From Vibrio alginolyticus NBRC 15630 = ATCC 17749 (GTDB taxonomy: Bacteria; Pseudomonadota; Gammaproteobacteria; Enterobacterales; Vibrionaceae): a stretch of DNA of 32,000 nucleotides. The first letter of the stretch is position 1, and each line of letters begins with the position of its first letter. The DNA lies in the NCBI RefSeq assembly GCF_000354175.2, contig NC_022349.1, positions 3,000,001 through 3,032,000 on the forward strand, written 5' to 3'. The translations under genes and the position numbers were made by a program. The notes beneath the pieces were generated by a model that worked only from the letters and a program-made list of their open reading frames with translations, searched no databases and was not told where the DNA came from. Shown piece by piece: positions 10,418 through 19,934 of this stretch.

Positions 10418-10455
10418 AGGCCAGTCTTTAAAAAAGCTGGCCTATTTTTATTTTA
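10418..10455 (+). terminator. Rho-independent terminator after metY
   Basis: AGGCCAG...CTGGCCT hairpin followed by ATTTTTATTTTATT. Confidence 0.6.
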
Positions 10456-10593
10456 TTGTTTAAATATCAAGGGTTTTGGTGTTTTTGGTTTGTGGTATTC
10501 CAAAAGCTCATAGAGGGTGAGATTTATTCTCTTGTCACGTTTGGGTTTGTTCCTGATGATGTGTGCATGTATTACACATTGGAAGGGACTCAA

Positions 10594-11925
10594 ATGTCTT
10601 ACGTATTTCACCGTCACTGCCATGCCACGCTGCCAATCATCGATAGAGGTGAAGGTGTTTATCTATTCGATAAGCATGGAAAGCAGTATCTCGATGCTTG
10701 TGGTGGGGCTGCGGTATCAAACCTTGGCCACAGTCATCAAGCCGTTAAAAAAGCGATGTTGGAACAGATCGAGCGAGTGCCGTTTGCTCATACTGGATTT
10801 TTTACTAGTGATAACAGTGAGCGCCTAGCAGAATTGGTTTGTCAGCACATGCCTGAACAGTTCAACCATGTGTATTTAGTCAGTGGCGGATCAGAAGCGG
10901 TGGAGTCGGCACTAAAAATGGCGCGGCAGTATTTCGTGGAATCAGGTAAGCCAGAGAAAAAGCAATTCATCGCGCGTCAGCAAAGTTATCACGGCAATAC
11001 CTTGGGGGCTTTGGCTGTCGGAGGTAATGAATGGCGACGTGAACCGTTCAAACCCATCTTACACCCGAGCCATCATATCGCCCCTTGCTATGCTTATCGT
11101 TATCAGCAGAGTCATGAGTCGGAATTGGATTACTCATTGCGAGCGGCGAATGAGCTAGAGGCAAAAATTCTTGAGTTGGGGGCTGATAATGTCATGGCTT
11201 TTGTCGCCGAGCCCATTGTGGGAGCCACCGCTGGAGCTGTGCCTGCCACACAAGGTTATTTCAAGCGTATTCGCGAAATATGCGACCAATACGATGTGTT
11301 ATTGATCTTGGATGAAGTCATGTGTGGCGTTGGACGCAGTGGTAGTTTTTTTGCGTTTGAGCAAGAAGAGGCAGACCCCGATCTGGTGTGTATGGCTAAA
11401 GGGCTTGGTGCGGGTTATCAACCTATTGGCGCGGTGGTTGCGAATGATCGAGTCTACCAAGCTATTGCCGGTGGAAGCGGTTTTTTCCAACATGGCCATA
11501 CCTTTATGGCGCACCCTGTGGCGTGCGCTGCTGCCGTGGCAACCATTCAAACCATCTTCCAAGATGATTTATTAACGGCGGTGAATCAGCAAAGTGCTTT
11601 GCTGCGTAATGAGCTTACTTCTGAATTGGCCCATTTACCGTACATTGGCGACATTCGTGGTAAAGGCTTATTTTTTGGCATTGAGCTGGTGGCGGATAAA
11701 GAAAGCAAGGCGCCTCTGAGTAAAGCCACATTGGCAGACAAACGCATCAAACAGCAAGCAATGGAAAATGGCTTAATGTGCTACCCAATGGGAGGAACGA
11801 TTGATGGCGTTAATGGGCACCATATCTTGCTTGCACCGCCATTCATTATTCAGCCTCAACATATTGATGAGCTAGTTGGCAAACTCTCATTAACGCTAAA
11901 AGAGGTAGCGAAGGAATGGAATTAG
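10594..11925 (+). CDS. Class-III (omega-type) PLP aminotransferase
   Basis: MSYVFHRHCHATLPIIDRGEGVYLFDKHGKQYLDACGGAAVSNLGHSH, DEVMCGVGRSG, and PLP-lysine context MAKGLGAGYQP. ATG at 10594 has a GGAAGGG Shine-Dalgarno; the upstream track extension is rejected. Confidence 0.82.
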   Translation: MSYVFHRHCHATLPIIDRGEGVYLFDKHGKQYLDACGGAAVSNLGHSHQAVKKAMLEQIERVPFAHTGFFTSDNSERLAELVCQHMPEQFNHVYLVSGGSEAVESALKMARQYFVESGKPEKKQFIARQQSYHGNTLGALAVGGNEWRREPFKPILHPSHHIAPCYAYRYQQSHESELDYSLRAANELEAKILELGADNVMAFVAEPIVGATAGAVPATQGYFKRIREICDQYDVLLILDEVMCGVGRSGSFFAFEQEEADPDLVCMAKGLGAGYQPIGAVVANDRVYQAIAGGSGFFQHGHTFMAHPVACAAAVATIQTIFQDDLLTAVNQQSALLRNELTSELAHLPYIGDIRGKGLFFGIELVADKESKAPLSKATLADKRIKQQAMENGLMCYPMGGTIDGVNGHHILLAPPFIIQPQHIDELVGKLSLTLKEVAKEWN

Positions 11926-12752
11926 AAAATCGATGTATACGAGAGCCTATCGCTATTATCGTGGCCCCAAACGGTGCAAGAAAAACTAAGCACGATCACG
12001 CCAGCTTACCCATGACAACAGACGAACTGGTTGCAGAGGCTATCGCTTGTCAAACGGTAGGGGCTGCCATGATCCATTTGCATGCTAGAGACGCCAACGG
12101 ACGTCATTCATTAGACATCGACGACAACATGGCAATTTACCATGCCGTGAAAGAAGCGGTGGGACAAAACATGATGGTACAGCTCACCACAGAGGCGGTG
12201 GGCTTGTATTCTCCGCCACAACAGATGGCGTTAGTTAAAGCTGTGAAACCAGAAGCGGCTTCTTTCGCATTGAGGGAGTTAATCCCTGAGCGCGCAAGTG
12301 AGAAAGAAGGGCATGCCTTTTTCCATTGGGTGGCAGAACACAACATCGTGAGCCAAATTATTCTCTACGATGCAACCGACATTGAACGTTATTTCCAACT
12401 GCGTGATGCGGGCGTGTTACCTAAAACGCATCAGCATGCATTAGTGGTGTTAGGGCGTTATCACCAAGCTCAACAGTCTTCGCCATGGGATTTACGAGGT
12501 TTGAATTTGGCGCGTTTTGTCGAGGAAGAAATTCGATGTGCCATTTGTGCTTTTGGCGCGCGAGAGCAAGACTGTTTAGCGAGTGCGATGTTACTTGGAT
12601 TCGATGTGAGAGTGGGGTTTGAGAATAACCACGTCGATGTGGCAGGCGAATTAGCAATCAGTAACGCGGCTCAGGTGGAAGCTCTACGCGATGTGGCGTA
12701 TCGCTTTGCGATTCCTTTACACAGTGCGCAAAGTTTGTGTTCAGTTTTATAG
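11916..12752 (+). CDS. 3-keto-5-aminohexanoate cleavage enzyme family protein (BKACE / DUF849)
   Basis: PIAIIVAPNGARKTKHDHASLPMTTDELVAEAIACQTVGAAMIHLHARD is the BKACE signature region. The start overlaps the aminotransferase stop by 10 nt, indicating translational coupling in one operon. Confidence 0.8.
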   Translation: MELENRCIREPIAIIVAPNGARKTKHDHASLPMTTDELVAEAIACQTVGAAMIHLHARDANGRHSLDIDDNMAIYHAVKEAVGQNMMVQLTTEAVGLYSPPQQMALVKAVKPEAASFALRELIPERASEKEGHAFFHWVAEHNIVSQIILYDATDIERYFQLRDAGVLPKTHQHALVVLGRYHQAQQSSPWDLRGLNLARFVEEEIRCAICAFGAREQDCLASAMLLGFDVRVGFENNHVDVAGELAISNAAQVEALRDVAYRFAIPLHSAQSLCSVL

Positions 12753-12796
12753 TGAATCTGTTTGAAACAAGGAAAATAAAGAAGAACGGAAAGTAA

Positions 12797-12821
12797 AAAG
12801 GCTCCATCGGAGCCTTTTCGG
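12797..12821. terminator. Bidirectional terminator between convergent BKACE and transporter genes
   Basis: AAAAAGGCTCC-ATCG-GAGCCTTTT hairpin flanked by A- and T-runs. Confidence 0.75.
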
Positions 12822-12830
12822 TATTTGTCG

Positions 12831-14198
12831 TTAGTTCTCAGTTTGCGCTACAGGTTGACGAGCGGGATGTTTGATAAACACCGCGACAACAGCCGCTATC
12901 GCTAATGCAAAACAGTAGTAAGAATTGGCAACTACTTCAAGTGGCGAGAGGTTGAACACGGAACCTAGCAGCAGTACTTGAGCACCGTAAGGCAACACGC
13001 CCTGCACCACGCATGAGAAAATGTCTAATAAGCTTGCTGAGCGGCGAGGAGAGACATTATTCTCTTCCGCCAGTTGGCGAGCAACGCTGCCCGATACAAT
13101 GATGGCTACGGTGTTGTTTGCCGTACAGCCATTGACCATTGAAACCAAACCTGCAATACCTAGCTCGCTTGCACGACTGTTCGCATGCTTAGAGTGGCTA
13201 GAGCCAAACGCGTGGATAAGGCTACTAACGAAATTTGTTAGAAAAGCAAGACCACCTTGGCGACGCATCAGTTCACTCAAACCACCAATCAGCATGGATA
13301 ACAAGAAGATCTCTTGCATGTTACCAAAGCCTTTATAAACGTCTTGGGCTAGATTAGTCAGTCCGTAATTGTCAATTGATGCCAAGCTCACGCCGCCAGC
13401 CAAAAGGATACCAATCGACAGAACCACAAACACATTCACACCAGATACCGCTAGGATCAAAATAGTGATGTACGGCAAGACTTTTAGCCACTCAATATCG
13501 CCAGTTGCAGGCACTTGAGTCGCGGTGCTGTTGAAAGCGAACACTGCAATCGCGATCAACGCGGCAGGCAAAGCAATACGAATGTTCTCTTTAAACTTGT
13601 CTTTCATCTCACAACCTTGAGAGCGTGTCGCCGCGATCGTGGTGTCAGAGATGATAGAAAGGTTGTCACCAAACATAGCGCCGCTCAGCACAACGCCTGC
13701 GGTTAACGGTAAGCTCATCCCGGCTGATTCAGCAATGCCTAAGGCTACGGGTGCAACGGCTGCGATGGTACCCATCGAAGTGCCCATTGCTGTTGCGATA
13801 AAAGCAGAAATCAGAAAAATGCCCGGTAAAATCATACTGGTTGGAATTGCGGATAAACCAAGGTTCACCGTTGCATCAACACCGCCAGAGGCTTTTGCTA
13901 CCGCAGCAAAGGCACCAGCAAGCAGATAGATCATACACATTGCGATGATGTCTGGGTGGCCAACACCACGCATGAAGTGTTCGATTGAGCGGTTAAGTTT
14001 CTCTTTACTTAAAAGAAACGCAATGATGATGGCTGGTAATACCGCGATGGGTGCAGGCAGCTGGTAGAAGGCAAATTCCACGCCTTGCAAAGATAAGTAA
14101 GTGCCTACGCCAATAAATAGCGCAAGGAATACAATTAATGGGATCAGTGCGACCGCAGACGGTGCAACTGTTTTAGTTGTTTGTTGGGAACCGGACAT
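12831..14198 (-). CDS. NhaC-family Na+/H+ antiporter-like transporter (second copy)
   Basis: Polytopic protein with NhaC-type motifs (GTSMGTIAAVAPVALGIA, GAMFGDNLSIISDTTIAATRSQGC). Start is uncertain: I chose the ATG at 14198 (MSGSQQTTK...), and the track start at 14261 is a TTG without a Shine-Dalgarno. Confidence 0.72.
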   Translation of the reverse strand: MSGSQQTTKTVAPSAVALIPLIVFLALFIGVGTYLSLQGVEFAFYQLPAPIAVLPAIIIAFLLSKEKLNRSIEHFMRGVGHPDIIAMCMIYLLAGAFAAVAKASGGVDATVNLGLSAIPTSMILPGIFLISAFIATAMGTSMGTIAAVAPVALGIAESAGMSLPLTAGVVLSGAMFGDNLSIISDTTIAATRSQGCEMKDKFKENIRIALPAALIAIAVFAFNSTATQVPATGDIEWLKVLPYITILILAVSGVNVFVVLSIGILLAGGVSLASIDNYGLTNLAQDVYKGFGNMQEIFLLSMLIGGLSELMRRQGGLAFLTNFVSSLIHAFGSSHSKHANSRASELGIAGLVSMVNGCTANNTVAIIVSGSVARQLAEENNVSPRRSASLLDIFSCVVQGVLPYGAQVLLLGSVFNLSPLEVVANSYYCFALAIAAVVAVFIKHPARQPVAQTEN

Positions 14199-14301
14199 GT
14201 AAACGACAATGTTAATAATAAGAGAGAAGAGCAGACTAATATCACATTTACGCATTGTCAACGTCTAGACGTCTAAATGGCTGTTTAAATTTTACACGTA
14301 A

Positions 14302-14351
14302 AGAAAAAGATAAAAGCTCGTGTTGCGTATCTCACTGATACCACGAGCTTT
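14302..14351 (-). terminator. Terminator downstream of the DedA gene
   Basis: AAAGCTCGTG...CACGAGCTTT 10-bp stem, followed on the minus strand by a T-rich run. Confidence 0.6.
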
Positions 14352-14378
14352 AGTTATGCGCTAATGAAGAGACTGTCG

Positions 14379-14990
14379 TTATTGCATTGATTTGGCTTTT
14401 TTGCGTTTAACAATACCTAAAACCATCCACGTAAATAAGACAGCAGCAAATGCCCATACCAGATATTTGTATTCGGTGTACAGGTTGCTCAACACGCTTA
14501 AATGTTCAAATGCAAAGTGAGTTAACAAGCTGAATACCAATACCCAAACCGTCGCCGCGAGGGCGTTACCGAGCAAAAACTCTCTACGTGGCATTTTCGC
14601 GATACCGCATGCAAGAGGCATAAATTGCTTCATTCCTTCAATAAAGCGGCTGACCACCAAGCACGTAGGGCCGTATTTCTGGATAGTCAATTGAAGCGTT
14701 TGCATCTTCGGGCCGGAAATGTAGCCTTTTTTATCTAACCACCCCTCAAAGTAATAACCGATTAAGTAGCCACAGGTATTACCAAAAAAGCAGCTCAGCC
14801 ACGATACCATCATTACCATACTTAGGTTCATGACTTGTTCTGACGAGAGCAAAGATGCCGCGATCATCAGTGATTGACCAGGCATCGGGATACCTATCCC
14901 TTCTAGAAATATACTGACAATCAGCGCAACGTAGCCGTATTGCTCAAGCAAAGGCTTCATTGACATGAGAAGTTCGTTAATATGTTCCAA
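14379..14990 (-). CDS. DedA-family (SNARE-associated/VTT domain) inner-membrane protein
   Basis: LLEQYGYVALIVSIFLEGIGIPMPGQSLMIAA is the DedA signature. The TTG start at 14990 has a GGGGA Shine-Dalgarno 6 nt upstream; internal ATGs at 14966 and 14960 are alternatives. Confidence 0.8.
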   Translation of the reverse strand: MEHINELLMSMKPLLEQYGYVALIVSIFLEGIGIPMPGQSLMIAASLLSSEQVMNLSMVMMVSWLSCFFGNTCGYLIGYYFEGWLDKKGYISGPKMQTLQLTIQKYGPTCLVVSRFIEGMKQFMPLACGIAKMPRREFLLGNALAATVWVLVFSLLTHFAFEHLSVLSNLYTEYKYLVWAFAAVLFTWMVLGIVKRKKAKSMQ

Positions 14991-15170
14991 AAGCTTTCCC
15001 CTAATAAAAGCGGAACGAAGTTGGAGTGATACTCCGAATGTCCTATTGGGTCAATTCTTGTTTCTCACCGTTGAGAAAAACTGACATGCCTCTGATAATT
15101 GCGCAGAATCAACCTGCAGCTGGCTTTACTCGCCGCCACGCTCTTTGGTAGCGGCGAACTAGGGAGATCC

Positions 15171-16706
15171 TTATGACTCTTTGGCTTTGGTGAATGCGCC
15201 ATACAAATCAAGGCGGCGATGACGTAAGTTGGTGACAGAGCCTTCGGTATTAAGCTGTTTCAACTTAGTCAAATCAACATCAGCGAAGATTATCATTTCG
15301 GTGTTGGCGCTTGCTTCTGTCAAGGTCGCATCGTGTGGGAAATAGATATCCGACGGTGAGAATACGGCAGATTGTGCGTACTGGATATCGACATTATCAA
15401 CACGAGGTAAGTTGCCGACACTGCCCCCAATTGCAACGTAGCATTCGTTTTCGATGGCTCGTGATTGGGAACAGATTCGTACTCGTTGGTAGCCATTTTT
15501 TGTGTCTGTCCAGAAAGGAACGAACACAATTTGTGCGCCTTGCTCGGCGAGCATTCTTCCCAACTCTGGGAACTCGCTGTCATAACAAATCAGTATGCCG
15601 ACTTTGCCTGCATCGGTTTCGAACACCTGAACATTGTCACCACCGTCGATCACCCAGTCTTTTTGCTCATGGGGCGTGATGTGAATCTTATATTGAGCGT
15701 TTATTTCACCATCTCGTTGCAGTAAGTAGGCCACATTATACAACTTGCCATCTTCGATGACGGGCATACTGCCAGCAATAATGTTGATGTTGTAGGTGAC
15801 TGCCATCTGCGAGAAGCGGTTTTTGATCTCTTCTGTAAAGCTAGCCAAAAAGCGAATTGCTTCGACGGAATTTTGGTCGTTTTGCAAGCCCATCAGCGGC
15901 GCGTTAAAGAATTCAGGGAATAGGGCGAAATCGGCTTTGTAGTTCGCAAGAGAAGAAATGAAGAACTCAGCCTGATCGAGCAAGTCCTCTAAGTCATTCA
16001 TGGCGCGCATTTGCCACTGCACAACACCAATACGAATCAGCGTTTTTTCTACATCATGTACGGATTGAATATCCTCTTCGTAGAAGAAGTTATCCCACTC
16101 CAGCAGAGTTGCGTAGCCTTTAGAAGCACTATCCTCTGGCAAGTAACCACGCATAATACGTTTGACATCGAAGTCGTTTGCAAGCTGAAAAGACAAAATA
16201 GGATCGTGAAGCTCACGGCGTTTTATCTTGTCGATGTATTCAGCCACGCTCAGTTCGTCAGCATATTTGTGGTAATTCGGGATGCGACCACCGGCTAAAA
16301 TTGCTTTGAAATTCTTACTCCGGCAAAGTTCTTTACGCGCATCATACAGACGGCGACCTAAACGCAGCCCACGGTAGTCCGGGTGAACAAATACATCGAG
16401 ACCATACATGGCGTCACCGGTCACTTGGTTTTGGATGACGTTGTTCTCGGTGATGATGTCGGTGTACAGGTGAGGAAGTGAAAACCGGTTGTAGTCCACT
16501 TTGATTGTTAGCGCTGCGCCGACAATTTTTCCGTTATCCTCAATACAGATTTGTCCATCAGGAAACTGATGAATAAGATCCATGATGGTCAGGCGTGGCC
16601 ATGAGCCACCAACATCAGGAAAAACAAGGTCCATTAATTCCGCGAGCTCTGGGTAATCGGTCGGCTCAATGGTGCGTAAAGAGAGTCTTGGCGTGTTGCT
16701 GTCCAT
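15171..16706 (-). CDS. Bifunctional GNAT N-acetyltransferase / carbon-nitrogen hydrolase (nitrilase superfamily) fusion protein
   Basis: The N-terminal ~200 aa are GNAT-like (VFVHPDYRGLRLGRRLY). The C-terminal ~290 aa carry nitrilase-superfamily E-K-C elements (LFPEFF; YKIHITPHE; ILICYDSEFPE). Confidence 0.8.
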   Translation of the reverse strand: MDSNTPRLSLRTIEPTDYPELAELMDLVFPDVGGSWPRLTIMDLIHQFPDGQICIEDNGKIVGAALTIKVDYNRFSLPHLYTDIITENNVIQNQVTGDAMYGLDVFVHPDYRGLRLGRRLYDARKELCRSKNFKAILAGGRIPNYHKYADELSVAEYIDKIKRRELHDPILSFQLANDFDVKRIMRGYLPEDSASKGYATLLEWDNFFYEEDIQSVHDVEKTLIRIGVVQWQMRAMNDLEDLLDQAEFFISSLANYKADFALFPEFFNAPLMGLQNDQNSVEAIRFLASFTEEIKNRFSQMAVTYNINIIAGSMPVIEDGKLYNVAYLLQRDGEINAQYKIHITPHEQKDWVIDGGDNVQVFETDAGKVGILICYDSEFPELGRMLAEQGAQIVFVPFWTDTKNGYQRVRICSQSRAIENECYVAIGGSVGNLPRVDNVDIQYAQSAVFSPSDIYFPHDATLTEASANTEMIIFADVDLTKLKQLNTEGSVTNLRHRRLDLYGAFTKAKES

Positions 16707-16826
16707 ATCCTACTATCCATTTATCCTTTTTAAATAGTATGGATGAGAATGCCATAAATTTGAGCAGACAGATACCGAAGTCTTTGAGTTGTTTTGGTTT
16801 ACCTAAACGAGTTTAAAGAAACAACA

Positions 16827-17708
16827 TTAACTTAGCTTGCTCTTCAGCCATTCGTGAAATGCCACTACTTTTTTAGCTGAAAGTCGATAATTTGGAATCA
16901 TCACGTAATAACCATAACCGCTCTGTAAAGAGAGGTTGAGAACATGCTGAATGTCCCCTCTTAAAATCGAATACTGCGCCATAAAATCAGGAAGCAAGGC
17001 GAGCCCTTTTCCCATTCTGACAGCTTCGCAAGCTAGGTAAAAATGTTCGACGCCTACAGGTTGATAGGTAACGGGAGATTCTACAGTGTAGACAGTTTTA
17101 AATTGCTCCCATAGCTGAGGGCGAGTGATTTGAGGTATAAACGGATAATTACTAACAGCGTGCACACTCTCAATTGCAGGAGCATTTGTGCAACCGACTA
17201 ATAACAATGTTTCTTCGCACAGTAAGTGGCTGTATTCATAATGTGTGGATAATGGAAGGCAGCGAATATGTAAGTCACTTTCGTTGCTCGAATCTTTGAC
17301 GTTCCCATCCCCGGTACAGACTCTTACTCGGATGTTAGGATGTTGCTGGTGGAAGTCATCAATATTAGGTATCAACCAAAGGCTGGCAAAAGAAGGGGTT
17401 ACGTCCACGGTGAGTAATTCTTGCTTTGAATCTGACTGGATTAAGTTGGCAGTTGCATGCTGAATAAGCTCCAAAGCTTCTGTGACTTGCGGCAGATAAC
17501 GCTTGCCTTCTTCGGTTAACTCAATACCACTCGCCCTTCTTTGTATTAAAGGTAAACCCACCAATTGCTCCAGCGATGCGATTTGTTTGCTTACTGCGCT
17601 TTGCGTAATACATAGGGCATCCGCTGCTTTAGAGAAACTGAGGTAATTAGAGACCGCGACAAACGTCCTTAATGCTCGAATAGAAGGGTATTCACTGCCT
17701 TTTAACAT
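16827..17708 (-). CDS. LysR-family transcriptional regulator
   Basis: wHTH region IRALRTFVAVSNYLSFSKAADALCITQSAVSKQIASLEQLVGLPLIQRRASGIELTEEG plus a LysR substrate-binding domain. Confidence 0.82.
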   Translation of the reverse strand: MLKGSEYPSIRALRTFVAVSNYLSFSKAADALCITQSAVSKQIASLEQLVGLPLIQRRASGIELTEEGKRYLPQVTEALELIQHATANLIQSDSKQELLTVDVTPSFASLWLIPNIDDFHQQHPNIRVRVCTGDGNVKDSSNESDLHIRCLPLSTHYEYSHLLCEETLLLVGCTNAPAIESVHAVSNYPFIPQITRPQLWEQFKTVYTVESPVTYQPVGVEHFYLACEAVRMGKGLALLPDFMAQYSILRGDIQHVLNLSLQSGYGYYVMIPNYRLSAKKVVAFHEWLKSKLS

Positions 17709-18106
17709 ACTTCAGTTCCATTAAACTCTGCTTAGGCAAAGAGTAGAGTATTCACGGCTTGAAGCAAAGTAAGATGCAACGTATGTGTGATTAGCTTCCT
17801 TTCTTATAAAAACTAGCTAAGCGTTTTTTGACTGATTAATCTACAAGAGTATTTTAGATGTTTATTTAATTTCTTTGAAAAATCTACAAATTAACAAGAA
17901 TCTTTTTCACATCATCGATTAACCTCAATTTAGTATTGTTTATATAAAGTAAACAGACAGATCTTTTTTTCTGTTTTTGTTCGGCGTTCTTTAGAGGATT
18001 GTCAGTATTCTATAAAATTAAATATATTTTTCATTAATTTAAAGTTGGCATTGCATTTGCTCTTTACTATTCGAACCTTCAATGGAACTTATATTAGGAG
18101 AACGAA

Positions 18107-18670
18107 ATGAAAAGCAATGTTGTTACTTTGATTAGCCTTTTTTCTTTAGCAACGTTTAGTACTTTATCACATGCTGCGGACTCCAACGATCATGGTGTAT
18201 ATGTTGGCGCCAACTACGGTTACTTAAAAGTTGATGGACAAGATGACTTTGATGATGACAGCGATGTTATTCAAGGTTTAGTTGGTTACCGTTTTAATCC
18301 TTACTTAGCGTTGGAAGGTGGTTACATTGATTTCGGTAGCTATGGTAATAACCTAGCAAATGCCGAAACGGACGGTTACACCGCAGCACTAAAAGTTACA
18401 GCCCCTATTGCTGATCGTGTCGACCTTTACGCAAAAGGCGGTCAAATGTGGTACTCGACGGATTACGACGTTGCGGGCTTCCAAGGCAACAAAGATGATG
18501 AAGGTGTATTCGCTGGTGCCGGTGTGGGTTTTAAAGTTACTGATAACTTCTTAGTTAACGCAGAATATATGTGGTACGACGTAGAACTCAATGCGGAGAA
18601 TGTCGCGAACGGTGCAAACACGGAAACAGACTTTAACCAAGCATCACTAGGTGTGGAATATAGATTTTAA
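18107..18670 (+). CDS. Small outer-membrane beta-barrel protein (OmpA-like/OMP_b-brl family)
   Basis: Signal peptide ending SHA-AD, alternating aromatic/Gly beta-strand pattern (YVGANYGYLKV, LVGYRFNPYLALEGGYIDFG), and the C-terminal OMP signature ...LGVEYRF. AGGAG Shine-Dalgarno upstream. Confidence 0.78.
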   Translation: MKSNVVTLISLFSLATFSTLSHAADSNDHGVYVGANYGYLKVDGQDDFDDDSDVIQGLVGYRFNPYLALEGGYIDFGSYGNNLANAETDGYTAALKVTAPIADRVDLYAKGGQMWYSTDYDVAGFQGNKDDEGVFAGAGVGFKVTDNFLVNAEYMWYDVELNAENVANGANTETDFNQASLGVEYRF

Positions 18671-18696
18671 TATTGTTAACAACTCTAAGCCCTAAT

Positions 18697-18728
18697 AAAA
18701 AGCGAAGCCTAAATAGCTTCGCTTTTTC
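18697..18728 (+). terminator. Rho-independent terminator after the OMP gene
   Basis: AGCGAAGC-CTAAATA-GCTTCGCT hairpin followed by TTTTT. Confidence 0.75.
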
Positions 18729-18791
18729 TGAACTCAATCTAGTTGAGGATAATAGAGCGTTTTTTAGAATAATTGTTCGTGCCTTTTACTG

Positions 18792-19931
18792 TCACTCTAC
18801 TATATTTAGAGCATTTCTAACATGACTATCTAACCTTCTTACTAGTCTCGAAAAACAAAGTTTTATCACTCTATAAGTAATACTCGATAGGTCGATCGCT
18901 GCGCTACCTGACATTACATTCATGTGACCTAAAATACCGCGAACGTGTTCTGTATACTCGTTTTTTAGTTTTGAGATGTACGCCATAGCTTTAGCTAGTT
19001 GATCCCAAGCAGTAAGGCCTACAGTTGCTATTTGTTGTATTATATGACCCAGACCTGAAATTCTTAATAAGGTCAAAATTGAAGAGACTATTTTACTTAC
19101 CCAACCATCAGTCATCCGAGCATTATATCTATTGTTGAAGTCAAGAAATACGTTGCGTTCTAGGTAAGCTTGAGATTTGGGTTGTAGTGCCGACCACTCA
19201 TTACTTGTAGCGGTATTGACATAACCCGGAACAGATTTTTTTCCTAGTCCATGAGCGCAGAAGTAGATGCCAGAACTTCCATCTAGCCGATACTCAATAC
19301 CACCGTGAGTAAATGGCCAAAGAGGAGACATAGGAACTGGATCTGCGCCATGAGTGCAGCGATAGGAAGAATCTAACTCCCTTCTTGCGTATGGTTTAAA
19401 GCCAACTTTTGGTGCGCCAAAAGTATATAGGTGTACGCTATAGCCGTACTGACTCTTCACCCAATCTGCCGCTAATGAAGCAAGAGCACCACCTAAACTA
19501 TGACCTACACAGTGTATTGCCTTCGGTGCTTTCATGTTCTTTTTCGAATAACCAGCGATGTATGCTGCAAGTTGTGGCTTTATCGTATTGAAGAGATTTA
19601 CAAAACCTGCATGTACCCTGTAACCGGATGAGGTACCTGATATCCCAATGTTTCCATCGGTCATAATGTCGCCGATGTTTACTTGAGTGCCACGGAAGGA
19701 AAATACCAAAGTATCGGCAAACTCGCCCTTACCTCGACCTATCGCTACAAAATCTGATGTCATTCCACCAAATCCCATAAAGCCACTTGTCGTTCCTTTT
19801 TTGACATCATTCCTTAGATCAAATGTAAAAAACTTTGCTATATAACCACTAACGTTACGAACATTAGTTGCGAATACAGAATAGGGGATTTCTGCGATTC
19901 TAGATGATAGTTTTGGTGAGAGTGATTGCAT
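18792..19931 (-). CDS. Class-3 (alpha/beta-hydrolase) lipase-like protein with a C-terminal helical extension; candidate phospholipase toxin
   Basis: Nucleophile elbow HCVGHSLGGALA, downstream YTFGAPKVG and THGADPVPMSP motifs (Lipase_3 pattern), and no N-terminal signal peptide. The ATG lies 3 nt after the stop of the upstream secreted-protein gene. Confidence 0.7.
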   Translation of the reverse strand: MQSLSPKLSSRIAEIPYSVFATNVRNVSGYIAKFFTFDLRNDVKKGTTSGFMGFGGMTSDFVAIGRGKGEFADTLVFSFRGTQVNIGDIMTDGNIGISGTSSGYRVHAGFVNLFNTIKPQLAAYIAGYSKKNMKAPKAIHCVGHSLGGALASLAADWVKSQYGYSVHLYTFGAPKVGFKPYARRELDSSYRCTHGADPVPMSPLWPFTHGGIEYRLDGSSGIYFCAHGLGKKSVPGYVNTATSNEWSALQPKSQAYLERNVFLDFNNRYNARMTDGWVSKIVSSILTLLRISGLGHIIQQIATVGLTAWDQLAKAMAYISKLKNEYTEHVRGILGHMNVMSGSAAIDLSSITYRVIKLCFSRLVRRLDSHVRNALNIVE

Positions 19932-19934
19932 TCT

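Noticed and set aside
13639-13929. 96-aa plus-strand ORF, plus 13021-13338 and 13515-13706
   Set aside because: All lie antisense inside the NhaC-type transporter gene. The Ala/Pro-rich translations are typical of the reverse frame of membrane-protein genes.
15311-16298. Several 86-122-aa ORFs overlapping the GNAT/nitrilase gene on both strands
   Set aside because: They lie fully within a 511-aa ORF that has clear two-domain homology. They show Arg/Cys-rich nonsense composition and no start signals.
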